This document shows positions 1 through 8,718 of a DNA stretch of 64,000 nt, piece by piece. The translations under genes and the position numbers were made by a program. The notes beneath the pieces were generated by a model. The model was not told the DNA's origin. It was given only the letters and a program-made list of their open reading frames with translations, and made no database searches. Position 1 is the stretch's first letter. The number at the start of each line of letters is the position of its first letter. Where the stretch lies: the sequence record MH051913. One strand, written 5' to 3'. This DNA is from Enterobacteria phage vB_EcoM_IME281.

Positions 1-132
1 ATTTGCCATACAAACGCTTTGAATGCTCCAATCCGTAAGAGATATGCTTTAGAGATGGCTAATTATAATGAGTATGTAAATCAAACTAAACGTAATGACC
101 TTGAAATCTTTATTAAGGAATGTAAATCATGA
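1..132 (+). CDS. 3' end of an upstream hypothetical gene (partial)
   Basis: Open frame running in from the window edge, stop at 130-132, ATGA overlap with next gene. Confidence 0.4.
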   Translation: MCHTNALNAPIRKRYALEMANYNEYVNQTKRNDLEIFIKECKS

Positions 133-419
133 ATAAAATTGAAATTGAAATCCCAGAACACAACGACGAGAAATCTGCAGAAAAGGCTATCTATGCTCTT
201 CTGAATAAAGTGAATACCATCGAACATGAATGTGAAGCTATTGCCGATAAGTATGGTATCCAATTCGGTACCGGTGATTATGGTTCAGGCCGTACATATT
301 ATCCTGTCGGTTATGAATGCTCCCAGTGGTTTAAAGATGAAATTGAAAACAACGGCGGTGAAGTTGAAAATGGTGTCGTTACAGTTGGTGCTTGGGTCTC
401 CTCTTCGGCAATGTGCTAA
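129..419 (+). CDS. small acidic protein, tandem paralog family member 1 (C-terminal W-x-SSS-x-x-C)
   Basis: 96-aa ORF with AAGGA SD; shares ADKY core and C-terminal GAWVSSSAMC with four neighbours. Confidence 0.7.
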   Translation: MNKIEIEIPEHNDEKSAEKAIYALLNKVNTIEHECEAIADKYGIQFGTGDYGSGRTYYPVGYECSQWFKDEIENNGGEVENGVVTVGAWVSSSAMC

Positions 420-428
420 GGAAACGCT

Positions 429-710
429 ATGATGAATGATTACCGTAAAAATAAAGAGCTGGCTGAAGCAGTAAATGATATTCATAAAGCTATTCGTCGT
501 GCTGAGGAAATTGCAGACAAATATGAGACTCATTTTAATATATACCCTGCTCGCGGTATGGGCGGTGACTATTATTCTCCTGGCGCCCTGAAAGCCGACC
601 TTGCTCACTGGGAAGAATACGGTGAAGCTCAGTACGCTATTGTAAACCAACATGATTACACTACCAGCCTAGAAAATGGTGGATGGGTATCCTCTTCTTC
701 TGAATGTTAA
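429..710 (+). CDS. small acidic protein, tandem paralog family member 2
   Basis: 93-aa ORF; SD TAAGGAA overlaps upstream stop; C-terminus GGWVSSSSEC. Confidence 0.7.
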   Translation: MMNDYRKNKELAEAVNDIHKAIRRAEEIADKYETHFNIYPARGMGGDYYSPGALKADLAHWEEYGEAQYAIVNQHDYTTSLENGGWVSSSSEC

Positions 711-719
711 GGAATTATT

Positions 720-917
720 ATGTCTCGTGAACTAGATTGTGCAATCCGTACTGCCGCGGCGGCTATTGAAAACGTTATCCAGATTTGCAAAGAAGAACGT
801 GAAGAAGCTGATATCTATATCGATGGTCAACGTGACCTGGAACGTCATATCACGCTTTATAACGGTTGTATTACTATTAGTGGTACCTCTTGGGTGTCCT
901 CCTCTTACGAATGCTAA
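720..917 (+). CDS. small acidic protein, tandem paralog family member 3
   Basis: 65-aa ORF; SD overlaps upstream stop; C-terminus TSWVSSSYEC. Confidence 0.65.
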   Translation: MSRELDCAIRTAAAAIENVIQICKEEREEADIYIDGQRDLERHITLYNGCITISGTSWVSSSYEC

Positions 918-926
918 GGAAATAAA

Positions 927-1136
927 ATGACTATTGATGAAATTGAAAAACAAATCCGTGAATTAGTACGTAAAGGTCAGTCCGTGGCTGACGAAACAGG
1001 TCAGCACTTCCACGCCGGCGGCGAAGAATATATTCCAGCTTCTAGTCCGGAATATGGCGATTACGAATGGGCCCGTGATGATTACGGTATTCCTGAAGGT
1101 GAAGGTTTCTGGTTTAGCTCCTCTATGTCTTGCTAA
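927..1136 (+). CDS. small acidic protein, tandem paralog family member 4
   Basis: 69-aa ORF; SD overlaps upstream stop; C-terminus GFWFSSSMSC. Confidence 0.65.
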   Translation: MTIDEIEKQIRELVRKGQSVADETGQHFHAGGEEYIPASSPEYGDYEWARDDYGIPEGEGFWFSSSMSC

Positions 1137-1146
1137 GGTGATAAAA

Positions 1147-1371
1147 ATGACTGATATTAATGAATTAGAAAAAGCGGCACTTGAACTGGCTGCACTGTAT
1201 AAGAAAGTAAAAGATATGGCTTCTGCTCAGGATTTTGGTGTTGAGCTCGACGATTATGACGGTGAAGTTCGTCTCGAAGATTGGCTGAATAGTTCTTGTT
1301 ATGGTGAAGAAGCTGGTCGTACCTTCGTTGCTCGTGCCGATGGTAAAATCTGGTACCCAAGCTCATGCTAA
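1147..1371 (+). CDS. small acidic protein, tandem paralog family member 5 (degenerate C-terminal motif)
   Basis: ATG at 1147 after AAGGTG SD (track ORF starts earlier at 1054); C-terminus KIWYPSSC. Confidence 0.6.
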   Translation: MTDINELEKAALELAALYKKVKDMASAQDFGVELDDYDGEVRLEDWLNSSCYGEEAGRTFVARADGKIWYPSSC

Positions 1372-1592
1372 AATTGAAAAAACGATACATTCGTAAAATA
1401 AATGGTCTTCGCGATTATGCCAAAGGTTGGCCACTAAGTATTATTATGGCTGATAGACACCCACGTTATAATACTGAGATGACTTATTACAAAAAGTACG
1501 ATTCATATTGTCGGTCTAAAGCGGGTCGTTTAGATGGTTCTTATGAGGACTATTTTGGTAAAAAACCTACTCGTGTTTCGTTAGGAAAATAA
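1365..1592 (+). CDS. hypothetical basic protein
   Basis: 75-aa ORF, codon usage consistent with neighbours. Confidence 0.4.
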   Translation: MLKLKKRYIRKINGLRDYAKGWPLSIIMADRHPRYNTEMTYYKKYDSYCRSKAGRLDGSYEDYFGKKPTRVSLGK

Positions 1593-1622
1593 TTTAACCA
1601 CATGGATGTGATAGGAGGACTT

Positions 1623-1952
1623 ATGCATAAAGATTCAGTATTCAAATATCTTTTGAAAACAGATAAAGAATTCTATATGAATGGGCAAGCTTTCTTGTTC
1701 GTTCGTGGTAAACGTGAGATGTTTTACAAATGCGACCTCTCAATGCACCATCATATGTATCACACCCATGGCGAGCCTATACTGGGGTTCTCTGGTGACG
1801 AAACTAGACGTATAGCTATGTACTACGACCATTTTAAGCTCAATGATTGTGGTGACAACGCTTTGGTCTGGAATCCATCTTGGCGTCGTTGGGATACGGT
1901 AGACAACGATAAATTATTTTTAGAATATTGCAGAAGTGATGTACAGCTCTAA
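1623..1952 (+). CDS. hypothetical protein
   Basis: ORF; AGGAGG SD 6 nt upstream of internal ATG at 1623. Confidence 0.5.
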   Translation: MHKDSVFKYLLKTDKEFYMNGQAFLFVRGKREMFYKCDLSMHHHMYHTHGEPILGFSGDETRRIAMYYDHFKLNDCGDNALVWNPSWRRWDTVDNDKLFLEYCRSDVQL

Positions 1953-1995
1953 AAATACGTGTTACTATTACCCTACACAAACATGAGGAGAACAT

Positions 1996-2235
1996 ATGTG
2001 GTATTACGCTCCGATGTCCGATAAGTCTAATGAACCGGTACGCATTACTCGTGCCAAGTTTAAAAAGATTTATGGCTTTGCTTATAAGAAGTCTGATTAC
2101 GGTGTTCGTTTTGAAGATGCTCACTGTATCAATGATCCTTATGCAGAAGAAATCTCTAATGAGATAATTCCTATCGTTGAGAGTAATTCCAATGATATGT
2201 GGGAATTACATAATACTTACGTTGCCGAAATTTAA
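1996..2235 (+). CDS. hypothetical protein
   Basis: 79-aa ORF with GAGGAG SD. Confidence 0.55.
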   Translation: MWYYAPMSDKSNEPVRITRAKFKKIYGFAYKKSDYGVRFEDAHCINDPYAEEISNEIIPIVESNSNDMWELHNTYVAEI

Positions 2236-2254
2236 GTTTACTGAGGAAAATATT

Positions 2255-3214
2255 ATGATGCTAGTTATTGGTTCTCGTGCACTGCACCACGCAGGTCTGA
2301 TTGAAAATAAGTATATCGAAAATTCTGATTGGGATTTCATTGCCGACCAAGGCTCATGGAACCACTTTAAAGCTCGGATGTTCGGCGCCCATGTACACGT
2401 TGACAATCCTGATGTTCAGGCTTTCAAATGTATGCATAATGGTAAAGAAACCTATTTCGAAGCTTATATCGTCCGTGCCCTGACTAATGTACGAGAAATT
2501 ACCGGTGAGCTCCAAGATGAAGACTACACCTCAAGCTATCGTCTCCTGAAATATGCTGAAAATCATATTAAAAAGGACCGTCTTACAGGTTTCTATTGGG
2601 CGACGCCTGATATCTGTCTGGCTATCAAAACCTCTCATCGTTTCCTGAAGAATAATCCGTTCTTCTTGAAAACTATGTCCCACATCAAATACCTTCGTAA
2701 TAAAGGTATCACCCTGAATGAAGAACTCCGGGAAATTATGCTGCAACGTCAAAAAGAAACGTTGAGCTATTCCCATCCTAAATTGGATGTAAACAAATCA
2801 TCGTTCTTTAATGATACCATTTATACGCTAGACCATGACTCCATCCATGAAGCAGTAGCATTGGCAGGGCGTCCTGCATATACCTTTTATATGAAGGAAG
2901 GTTCTGAAGTCATGACCTCTCGTGAGAAGTTCGAGGCTTTGCCTGAAGCTATTAAATTGGCTGGTGTGTATGAAGAAACTTGTGTCCTGGCACTAGAACG
3001 TTCACAGGTTCCTAATGACTTCAATATTTCACCATCATTAAGTTTCTATATGGCTCTTGAGAAAGTGTGTACCTCAATCACTTCAGGTTGGTTCCGTGAG
3101 TACGCCTGGGAAAACTACCAAGCTGTGGTTAATATGTACAAGACTTTAGGTGAAAACGACTACATCAAACGATTCCAAGACAACCATCATTTAATTCGTC
3201 CTTTCGAAAAATAA
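2255..3214 (+). CDS. hypothetical protein (319 aa)
   Basis: Long ORF; TGAGGAAAATATTATG initiation context; weak GS...D-x-D motif, function not assignable. Confidence 0.7.
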   Translation: MMLVIGSRALHHAGLIENKYIENSDWDFIADQGSWNHFKARMFGAHVHVDNPDVQAFKCMHNGKETYFEAYIVRALTNVREITGELQDEDYTSSYRLLKYAENHIKKDRLTGFYWATPDICLAIKTSHRFLKNNPFFLKTMSHIKYLRNKGITLNEELREIMLQRQKETLSYSHPKLDVNKSSFFNDTIYTLDHDSIHEAVALAGRPAYTFYMKEGSEVMTSREKFEALPEAIKLAGVYEETCVLALERSQVPNDFNISPSLSFYMALEKVCTSITSGWFREYAWENYQAVVNMYKTLGENDYIKRFQDNHHLIRPFEK

Positions 3215-3226
3215 TTGCACAAAACA

Positions 3227-3264
3227 GTGTACAAGGTCTATAGGTGTGATACTATAGACCTATC
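3227..3264 (+). promoter_or_regulatory. early promoter cassette (sigma70-type, PeSL-like)
   Basis: GTGTAC-N17-TG-a-TACTAT then TAGACCTATCAA box; 9-bp inverted repeat AGGTCTATA/TATAGACCT. Confidence 0.6.
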
Positions 3265-3292
3265 AAAACAACAGAGTGAAATGGAGAATAAA

Positions 3293-3508
3293 ATGAAACT
3301 TTCTAACCAAGCAATCAACATGTTAAACGAAGTTCGTGCAGCTGGTGCTAAATGCCTGATGGTTAACACTCGTGACGGTGACCTTCGTCAAGCATTTGGT
3401 GAATTGAAATCTGCTGACCTGGTTAAATGTTCAGTTGGTATTGGTAACGCACTTCGTGTATCCTTATCCCCTAAAGGTAAAATGTACTTTTCAACAAAAA
3501 GTAAGTGA
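3293..3508 (+). CDS. hypothetical protein
   Basis: ORF downstream of early promoter cassette; GGAG SD lies inside the upstream ATG so second ATG preferred. Confidence 0.55.
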   Translation: MKLSNQAINMLNEVRAAGAKCLMVNTRDGDLRQAFGELKSADLVKCSVGIGNALRVSLSPKGKMYFSTKSK

Positions 3509-3518
3509 GGAAAATATT

Positions 3519-4208
3519 ATGAACGGCCCGAAAACTTTTAATTCTCAAGCTCGTGCAGTCGGTGGTTTTGCTCAAGATATCAGTAATGATATGATTAAAA
3601 ATGAGCCTATGTTCTTTAATTGTGATGCTTATTTTGCTCATAAACACGGCGGTCCTATTACTCGTAGCTTTATTGAAAACCTGCCTGAAGATTGGCAATG
3701 TGGCCCTGATATTGTATTTGATTCCCGTGTACACATGTTAATGCCTGGCTGGTACCCTGCAATTCCAGGCTTCCACCATGATGATGTACCACGCCCGGAT
3801 ATTCCGGTCGGTCAACACTTTATTACCGCAGGGCAACCTGATTATGATAATCCTCGTTACCATTCTGAACATATTCTTGGTCTTGTTAACGCTGATGTGT
3901 GTCCTACCCATTTTGCAACCGGAACTGCACAGTTCAGTCGGATTCCTGAAGGCGAACTTATCTATCGCCAGTGGCATAAAGAAGTTCTGGAAAAAATTGA
4001 GTCCAATGAATTAACCAAGTGGGATGCTCCTGACCGCACGTTACTCCAGTTTGATTGGCAGACATGGCATACAGGTTCTCGTGCAGTAAGTAATGGGTGG
4101 CGCTGGTTTGGTCGTGTGTCTCGTAATACAGACCGTGTTAAAAAGATTACAAATGAAATCCGCGTTAATGCTCAAGTATATCTGGAATTCCCTATGGAGG
4201 GCTGGTAA
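3519..4208 (+). CDS. hypothetical protein (229 aa), His/Asp-rich
   Basis: ORF with GAGGAAAATATTATG context; function unknown. Confidence 0.7.
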   Translation: MNGPKTFNSQARAVGGFAQDISNDMIKNEPMFFNCDAYFAHKHGGPITRSFIENLPEDWQCGPDIVFDSRVHMLMPGWYPAIPGFHHDDVPRPDIPVGQHFITAGQPDYDNPRYHSEHILGLVNADVCPTHFATGTAQFSRIPEGELIYRQWHKEVLEKIESNELTKWDAPDRTLLQFDWQTWHTGSRAVSNGWRWFGRVSRNTDRVKKITNEIRVNAQVYLEFPMEGW

Positions 4209-4795
4209 TGGCCCTTTATGAACCTGGTTGTATGGGTATTGATACAAACTTCATCCGTCGGTCGGAAAATGCTGGAATTATTATCCCAAGTGGTGAGACT
4301 ATGATTATTAAAAAGTCCTGGCGAAATATAGATGACGGTGATGAAGGAATTTCAGCCAGTACAATAGATTGGTCAGGTTGTACTGCCGAAATGAAACAGC
4401 TTTTAATTGAGGAATATAAAATGGGCTATATCGTAAACGGCTGGCAAGCGGAACCACATAAAGAACAGACTCCAGACCCATTGATTTGTTATAGCAAAAA
4501 ATACGGCTTCCGTGCATGGAGTGATGAATACGACAAATTGGTGAGTTCTAGATTCTATGTTTGGATGGGTATATTATTTTTCCCACTCCTAGGGTTTTTC
4601 CTGACAACAGATAATGACCTGCCTATTTGTGTATTCGCTTCAGCGATGTCTGCTGCTATCTTAGGTCTTATCGCATCATTTTTATGGACATCGGTTATCG
4701 AAGTACCTTTTCGTATTTCTAAAGTTAAAAAGGTATATGATGATATCACTAAGAAAAATACATTAAACTCTTTTATTAAGGAATGTCGTAAATGA
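4208..4795 (+). CDS. hypothetical membrane protein
   Basis: 195-aa ORF with C-terminal hydrophobic segments; ATGG overlap with upstream stop. Confidence 0.65.
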   Translation: MALYEPGCMGIDTNFIRRSENAGIIIPSGETMIIKKSWRNIDDGDEGISASTIDWSGCTAEMKQLLIEEYKMGYIVNGWQAEPHKEQTPDPLICYSKKYGFRAWSDEYDKLVSSRFYVWMGILFFPLLGFFLTTDNDLPICVFASAMSAAILGLIASFLWTSVIEVPFRISKVKKVYDDITKKNTLNSFIKECRK

Positions 4796-5028
4796 GCATT
4801 GCAATTTATATTAAATCTGAGTCATGTGATTCATATCTATATTCCTATGATACCGGAACATCAGAAGAGAAAATTAAAGAAGACTTAGAAAGCGATATGG
4901 ATATGTTCTGTCCTATTGGTGACTATATGCTTCAAGTGTCTGATAGTGAAAGTCCATCATCAGAAAATAGACTTCAAATTATTATGCAAGATATTTTTAA
5001 ACAATCATGGGAACGAGACGATGGGTAA
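4792..5028 (+). CDS. hypothetical acidic protein
   Basis: 78-aa ORF, overlaps nudE start. Confidence 0.45.
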   Translation: MSIAIYIKSESCDSYLYSYDTGTSEEKIKEDLESDMDMFCPIGDYMLQVSDSESPSSENRLQIIMQDIFKQSWERDDG

Positions 5029-5470
5029 GAAAGCTAAGGAATTATCGGCAGGTATTTTATTCATGACCGTTGATAAAGAACTGGTCATGGGCCGTGTAAC
5101 AGGCTCTCGTAATCCAGAGAACATGCGTCATAAATGGGACATTCCTAAAGGTCATGTCGAACCAGGCGAAGAGCCTATTCAAGCGGCAATGCGTGAAACC
5201 GAAGAAGAGATTGGATTCACAGCATACGATCCTGCATTCCTGAAAGACCTAGGTGAGTTCAAATATTCAAGCAATAAGAATCTACATCTGTTCTTATATA
5301 CAGTGCCTGTGGAACACGAGCAGTTCAAGGATTGCAAATGTACGGCTTACCATACGTTCCCTGATGGTCGTACTATTCCTGAATTCGATGCGTTCGCCTT
5401 GATTAAACGTCCGCAATGGGAATATGTCATGGGTAAGTCGATGTTTAAGGTTTTAGATTCGCTCTTTTGA
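5021..5470 (+). CDS. nudE: Nudix hydrolase
   Basis: Nudix box GHVEPGEEPIQAAMRETEEEIGF; sits immediately upstream of lysozyme as T4 nudE does; start at MGKKAK not track start 4916. Confidence 0.85.
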   Translation: MGKKAKELSAGILFMTVDKELVMGRVTGSRNPENMRHKWDIPKGHVEPGEEPIQAAMRETEEEIGFTAYDPAFLKDLGEFKYSSNKNLHLFLYTVPVEHEQFKDCKCTAYHTFPDGRTIPEFDAFALIKRPQWEYVMGKSMFKVLDSLF

Positions 5471-5478
5471 TATAAATA
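5471..5478 (+). promoter_or_regulatory. late promoter (gp55-dependent) for lysozyme
   Basis: Exact TATAAATA 22 nt upstream of e start codon. Confidence 0.75.
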
Positions 5479-5498
5479 CCTCCTATACTCAGGAGGTA
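5477..5498 (+). promoter_or_regulatory. SD-sequestering hairpin at lysozyme translation start
   Basis: TACCTCCT-atactc-AGGAGGTA; 3' arm is the SD. Confidence 0.7.
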
Positions 5499-5500
5499 TT

Positions 5501-5995
5501 ATGGATATTTTTGATATGTTACGTCAAGACGAAGGTCTTGATTTAAATCTTTATAAAGACACTGAAGGTTATTGGACTATTGGTATTGGCCAGTTAGTTA
5601 CCAAGAACCCATCTAAAGATGTTGCTCGTGCTGAACTTGATAAGCTTATGGGCCGAGTTTGTAATGGTCGTATTACTATGGCTGAAGCCGAACAACTCTT
5701 TAACCGATCGGTTGAAAATGCTCGTAGAGCTATTCTGCGTAATCCTAAATTGAAACCTGTTTACGATGTATTGGACGAAGTTCGTCGTTGTGCTTTAATT
5801 AACATGGTCTTCCAAATGGGTGAAGCAGGTGTAGCAGGGTTCACTAACTCTTTACGTATGCTCCAACAGAAACGTTGGAACGATGCGGCAGTTAACCTGG
5901 CTCAATCCCGTTGGTATAAACAAACCCCTAATCGTGCTAAGCGCGTGATTTCAACATTTAAAACAGGTACTTGGAAAGCATATGAAAACTTATAA
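5501..5995 (+). CDS. e: endolysin (T4 lysozyme)
   Basis: 164 aa, collinear with T4 lysozyme ([13 protein letters not shown]...[10 protein letters not shown]); late promoter and SD hairpin upstream. Confidence 0.97.
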   Translation: MDIFDMLRQDEGLDLNLYKDTEGYWTIGIGQLVTKNPSKDVARAELDKLMGRVCNGRITMAEAEQLFNRSVENARRAILRNPKLKPVYDVLDEVRRCALINMVFQMGEAGVAGFTNSLRMLQQKRWNDAAVNLAQSRWYKQTPNRAKRVISTFKTGTWKAYENL

Positions 5996-6380
5996 TGAAT
6001 TTATCGCAGAGAATGTAGTTCCTGCATCTAAAGAACTTCTGGCGATGTTTGAATCAGAAGAATTCACCGAAGAACTGAACGAGAACCTGACCCAGGCCAC
6101 TCCTCAGGTTATTCGCGTTCGTAATGCCCTTCAGACTGGCATGCAGGCTCGTGTATCTAAGACTATGAAGCTGGCATTCACTACTTCTAAGAACGAAGAC
6201 TATGGCGATGGTATCGCTATGAACACCGGACAGTATTATGTTGAGTGGAATGGCGAAACCGGTACTGCTAAGATTCGTCAGACACGTGCCGCTGGTGGCA
6301 AAATGCTGGACGTTAAATTGAACGTTAAAGAGAAAGACGTCGCAGCTTTGTTTAAGAATTGGATGAAAACTTACAAATAA
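5982..6380 (+). CDS. internal (capsid-packaged) protein with N-terminal capsid targeting sequence
   Basis: Begins [10 protein letters not shown], the CTS seen on T4 internal proteins; position between e and denV. Confidence 0.7.
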   Translation: MKTYNEFIAENVVPASKELLAMFESEEFTEELNENLTQATPQVIRVRNALQTGMQARVSKTMKLAFTTSKNEDYGDGIAMNTGQYYVEWNGETGTAKIRQTRAAGGKMLDVKLNVKEKDVAALFKNWMKTYK

Positions 6381-6430
6381 GTTTACTTCTCCTGTAGGCA
6401 TGATACTATAGACCTATCAACTACAGGAGA
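6381..6430 (+). promoter_or_regulatory. early promoter cassette (PeSL-like) upstream of denV
   Basis: GTTTAC-N17-TACTAT with TG; inverted repeat CTCCTGTAG...CTACAGGAG places SD in 3' arm. Confidence 0.7.
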
Positions 6431-6438
6431 TTAAAAAA

Positions 6439-6855
6439 ATGACTCGTATCAACCTTACCTTAGTATCTGAATTGGCTGACCAACACTTAATGGCTGAATA
6501 TCGTGAATTACCACGTGTTTTCGGTGCAGTTCGTAAGCATGTTGCTAACGGTAAACGTGTTCGTGATTTTAAAATCAGTCCTACTTTTATCCTTGGCACA
6601 GGCCATGTTACATTCTTTTACGATAAGCTCGAATTTTTACGTAAGCGACAAATTGAGCTTATAGCCGAATGTTTAAAACGTGGTTTTAATATCAAGGATA
6701 CTACGGTCCAGGACATTAGTGATATTCCTCAGGAATTCCGTGGTGATTATGTTCCTCACGAAGCTTCTATCGCTATTTCACAAGCCCGTTTAGACGAAAA
6801 AATTGCACAGCGCCCTACCTGGTACAAACATTATGGTAAGGCTATTTACGCTTAA
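6439..6855 (+). CDS. denV: endonuclease V, pyrimidine dimer DNA glycosylase
   Basis: 138 aa, collinear with T4 endonuclease V ([28 protein letters not shown]...). Confidence 0.95.
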   Translation: MTRINLTLVSELADQHLMAEYRELPRVFGAVRKHVANGKRVRDFKISPTFILGTGHVTFFYDKLEFLRKRQIELIAECLKRGFNIKDTTVQDISDIPQEFRGDYVPHEASIAISQARLDEKIAQRPTWYKHYGKAIYA

Positions 6856-6897
6856 TTAAATCCGTGATAGAATACTTCTATCAACTTAAGGAATAAT

Positions 6898-7197
6898 ATG
6901 AAAACTTATCAAGAATTTATTACAGAAGCCAAAGCCCCTAAAGCATTTCAAATTGGAGTCCAAGGCACTTTAGACCAAGAATATGTTGACGCTATTGTAG
7001 CAAGCCTCGGTAAACAAGGTGTACAAGTGGATTTGGTTGATTTTACTAAAGGCAACACTTTTAATATTGTTACATCTAAAGGCTCTTTAGCTAAAGTTAA
7101 AAAGGCCTTTGGTGTAGCCCAAGCATACGAAATCGACCACTCTGAATTAGAAAATAAAGGTCGCCAGAATACAATTAAAGGTTCTGGTTCTTTCTAA
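6898..7197 (+). CDS. internal protein with capsid targeting sequence
   Basis: Begins MKTYQEFITEA (CTS motif); 99 aa. Confidence 0.65.
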   Translation: MKTYQEFITEAKAPKAFQIGVQGTLDQEYVDAIVASLGKQGVQVDLVDFTKGNTFNIVTSKGSLAKVKKAFGVAQAYEIDHSELENKGRQNTIKGSGSF

Positions 7198-7293
7198 TAA
7201 AGGCAAGCCGACCCTCTCCTCATGAACGTCGCGTCCTCTGAGTGATGGACCTTTCCCTACCTGTAATAAGGTCGAGCCCAAGTGCGGTAAAGG

Positions 7294-7322
7294 GTTTACA
7301 TACGGATACATGGATGAATTAT
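7294..7322 (+). promoter_or_regulatory. possible early promoter
   Basis: GTTTAC-N17-AATTAT; weaker -10. Confidence 0.35.
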
Positions 7323-7356
7323 GTGCCAAGGAACGGCCCCTCTACTGGAAACCACT

Positions 7357-7884
7357 ATGAAATTTTTAACTCCCATTTATCTAACCTTAATGCACGCCTT
7401 CGCTGAACGCGCCATTGAACGTTTAGACTCGGACCAATATACCTGGTACGAACCCACTTCAAGAATGCAAGAGTTTGGTACTCTTCGACTTGACGGCGGG
7501 CGTCAAACAGGTAAAACAAGTGCCCTTGCCCAGTTCGCAGCTGATTGGGTTTCCAAGGGTAATGATGTGATTGTTATGTCAAGTTCTTCGCATCGCTCAC
7601 GAGAAATCTGTAATATAATAAAAAGGGTTTCTAAGGCCCAACCGCACCTTCAAGTAGAAGGTCCTGGGTTTGTTGTATATGATACCGTGCGTTCATTTTT
7701 AGACGAAGACAACTTCCATAAGTATCGTGGTCTATCAGTTACTCGATTATTGATTATTATCGAAGAGCCAATGCGCCTTCCATCGATGGATAAGTTCTAT
7801 GAAGCTTACCAGGTAATGATTAACAAATTTATGTGCCAGGGTTCTAAACCTCTGCCACTGTTCTTTGTGATAGGAATGCAATGA
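7357..7884 (+). CDS. hypothetical P-loop NTPase
   Basis: Walker A-like GGRQTGKTS; start taken at MKFLTPIY; weak promoter upstream. Confidence 0.55.
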   Translation: MKFLTPIYLTLMHAFAERAIERLDSDQYTWYEPTSRMQEFGTLRLDGGRQTGKTSALAQFAADWVSKGNDVIVMSSSSHRSREICNIIKRVSKAQPHLQVEGPGFVVYDTVRSFLDEDNFHKYRGLSVTRLLIIIEEPMRLPSMDKFYEAYQVMINKFMCQGSKPLPLFFVIGMQ

Positions 7885-8177
7885 TGACTGATGAAGAGCT
7901 TTTTGAGTTCTGCTATTTCTCACGTAAGGTTCGAAGAGAGGACCTTACTGCAAATTTCGAATATGCTTATTTCTATCCATTAGAGTATGTATTCATGTCA
8001 GGGCCCTTTAAGGGCTCTCGTTTTAGATGTCATGCCCCAAGCATCCGATTAATGAAACAGGTTCCTTACTTCACTCTCGAGTTCATCTCTGGGCCGTGTA
8101 AGGGTATTATTACTCGCAGTCTCTTGACGTATGACCAAGAGATTCATATGATTTCTGACTGGAAAAAATATGTCTAA
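7881..8177 (+). CDS. hypothetical protein
   Basis: 98-aa ORF, ATGA-coupled to upstream gene. Confidence 0.5.
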   Translation: MMTDEELFEFCYFSRKVRREDLTANFEYAYFYPLEYVFMSGPFKGSRFRCHAPSIRLMKQVPYFTLEFISGPCKGIITRSLLTYDQEIHMISDWKKYV

Positions 8178-8388
8178 ATTGACTATTGAAGGTTCTGAAG
8201 AAGTTCTGAAGATGTTTGTTGACTGGTTCCACGAGCAAGGCGAACAAGGCTTTATGGAATGTTGGGGCGGCGGCCAATGGAATGGTAAAGAAATTGTTTA
8301 CCCGACCACGTATATCTCTGTTAGTGGTGGATATGATGGCCTTCGTTTTGTAGAATATGATATTGCATCTGATGAGGAAGTAAAATGA
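8170..8388 (+). CDS. hypothetical protein
   Basis: 72-aa ORF, overlapping coupled start. Confidence 0.5.
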   Translation: MSKLTIEGSEEVLKMFVDWFHEQGEQGFMECWGGGQWNGKEIVYPTTYISVSGGYDGLRFVEYDIASDEEVK

Positions 8389-8663
8389 TTGAAGATATCA
8401 AAGGTTACAAGCCGCATACCGACGATAAAATCGGTAAAGTGAATGCCATTAAAGATGCTGAAGTTCGATTAGGCTTAATCTTTAAAGCATTAGAAGAAGA
8501 ATACGTTGAAGCCTTTACATGCTCAGGTGTCGATAAAATGAGTGATGAAGAATTCGACCTCACTCATGAACGTCTCGCCCAGATTCGTACGGCAATCGAA
8601 CGCTTGAAAGAAGCATCCATGTGGGCCTGTCGTTCCGTTTTCCAACCTGAAGAAAAATACTAA
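8385..8663 (+). CDS. hypothetical protein
   Basis: 92-aa ORF, ATGA overlap. Confidence 0.5.
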   Translation: MIEDIKGYKPHTDDKIGKVNAIKDAEVRLGLIFKALEEEYVEAFTCSGVDKMSDEEFDLTHERLAQIRTAIERLKEASMWACRSVFQPEEKY

Positions 8664-8668
8664 AAGCA

Positions 8669-8718
8669 GTTTACATCTCCTGTAGACGTGGTACTATAGA
8701 CCTATCAACTACAGGAGA
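8669..8718 (+). promoter_or_regulatory. early promoter cassette (PeSL-like) upstream of regB
   Basis: GTTTAC-N18-TACTAT; same CTCCTGTAG/CTACAGGAG inverted repeat as at denV. Confidence 0.7.

Noticed and set aside
285-653. Minus-strand ORF (122 aa) overlapping the first two tandem paralog genes
   Set aside because: Fully antisense to well-supported + strand genes with SDs; no SD of its own; the same applies to other antisense track ORFs such as 1157-1390, 1840-2124, 26892-27287, 36926-37312, 55658-56092 and 57210-57569.
1054-1371. Longer track start for the fifth paralog
   Set aside because: Track start lies inside the preceding gene; the ATG at 1147 has the same TAAGGNG-spacer-ATG arrangement as the other four members.
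2255-3214. Second Pol-beta-type nucleotidyltransferase
   Set aside because: The G-S to D-x-D spacing (17 residues) is longer than typical for the fold and no further motifs were recognisable; left as hypothetical.
4916-5470. Track start for nudE at 4916
   Set aside because: The N-terminal extension has no similarity to Nudix proteins; ATG at 5021 gives a protein of T4 NudE size.
7198-7320. tRNA gene in the GC-rich island
   Set aside because: No T-loop (GTTCRA) or D-loop consensus and no cloverleaf could be drawn by eye; kept only as a possible structured element.
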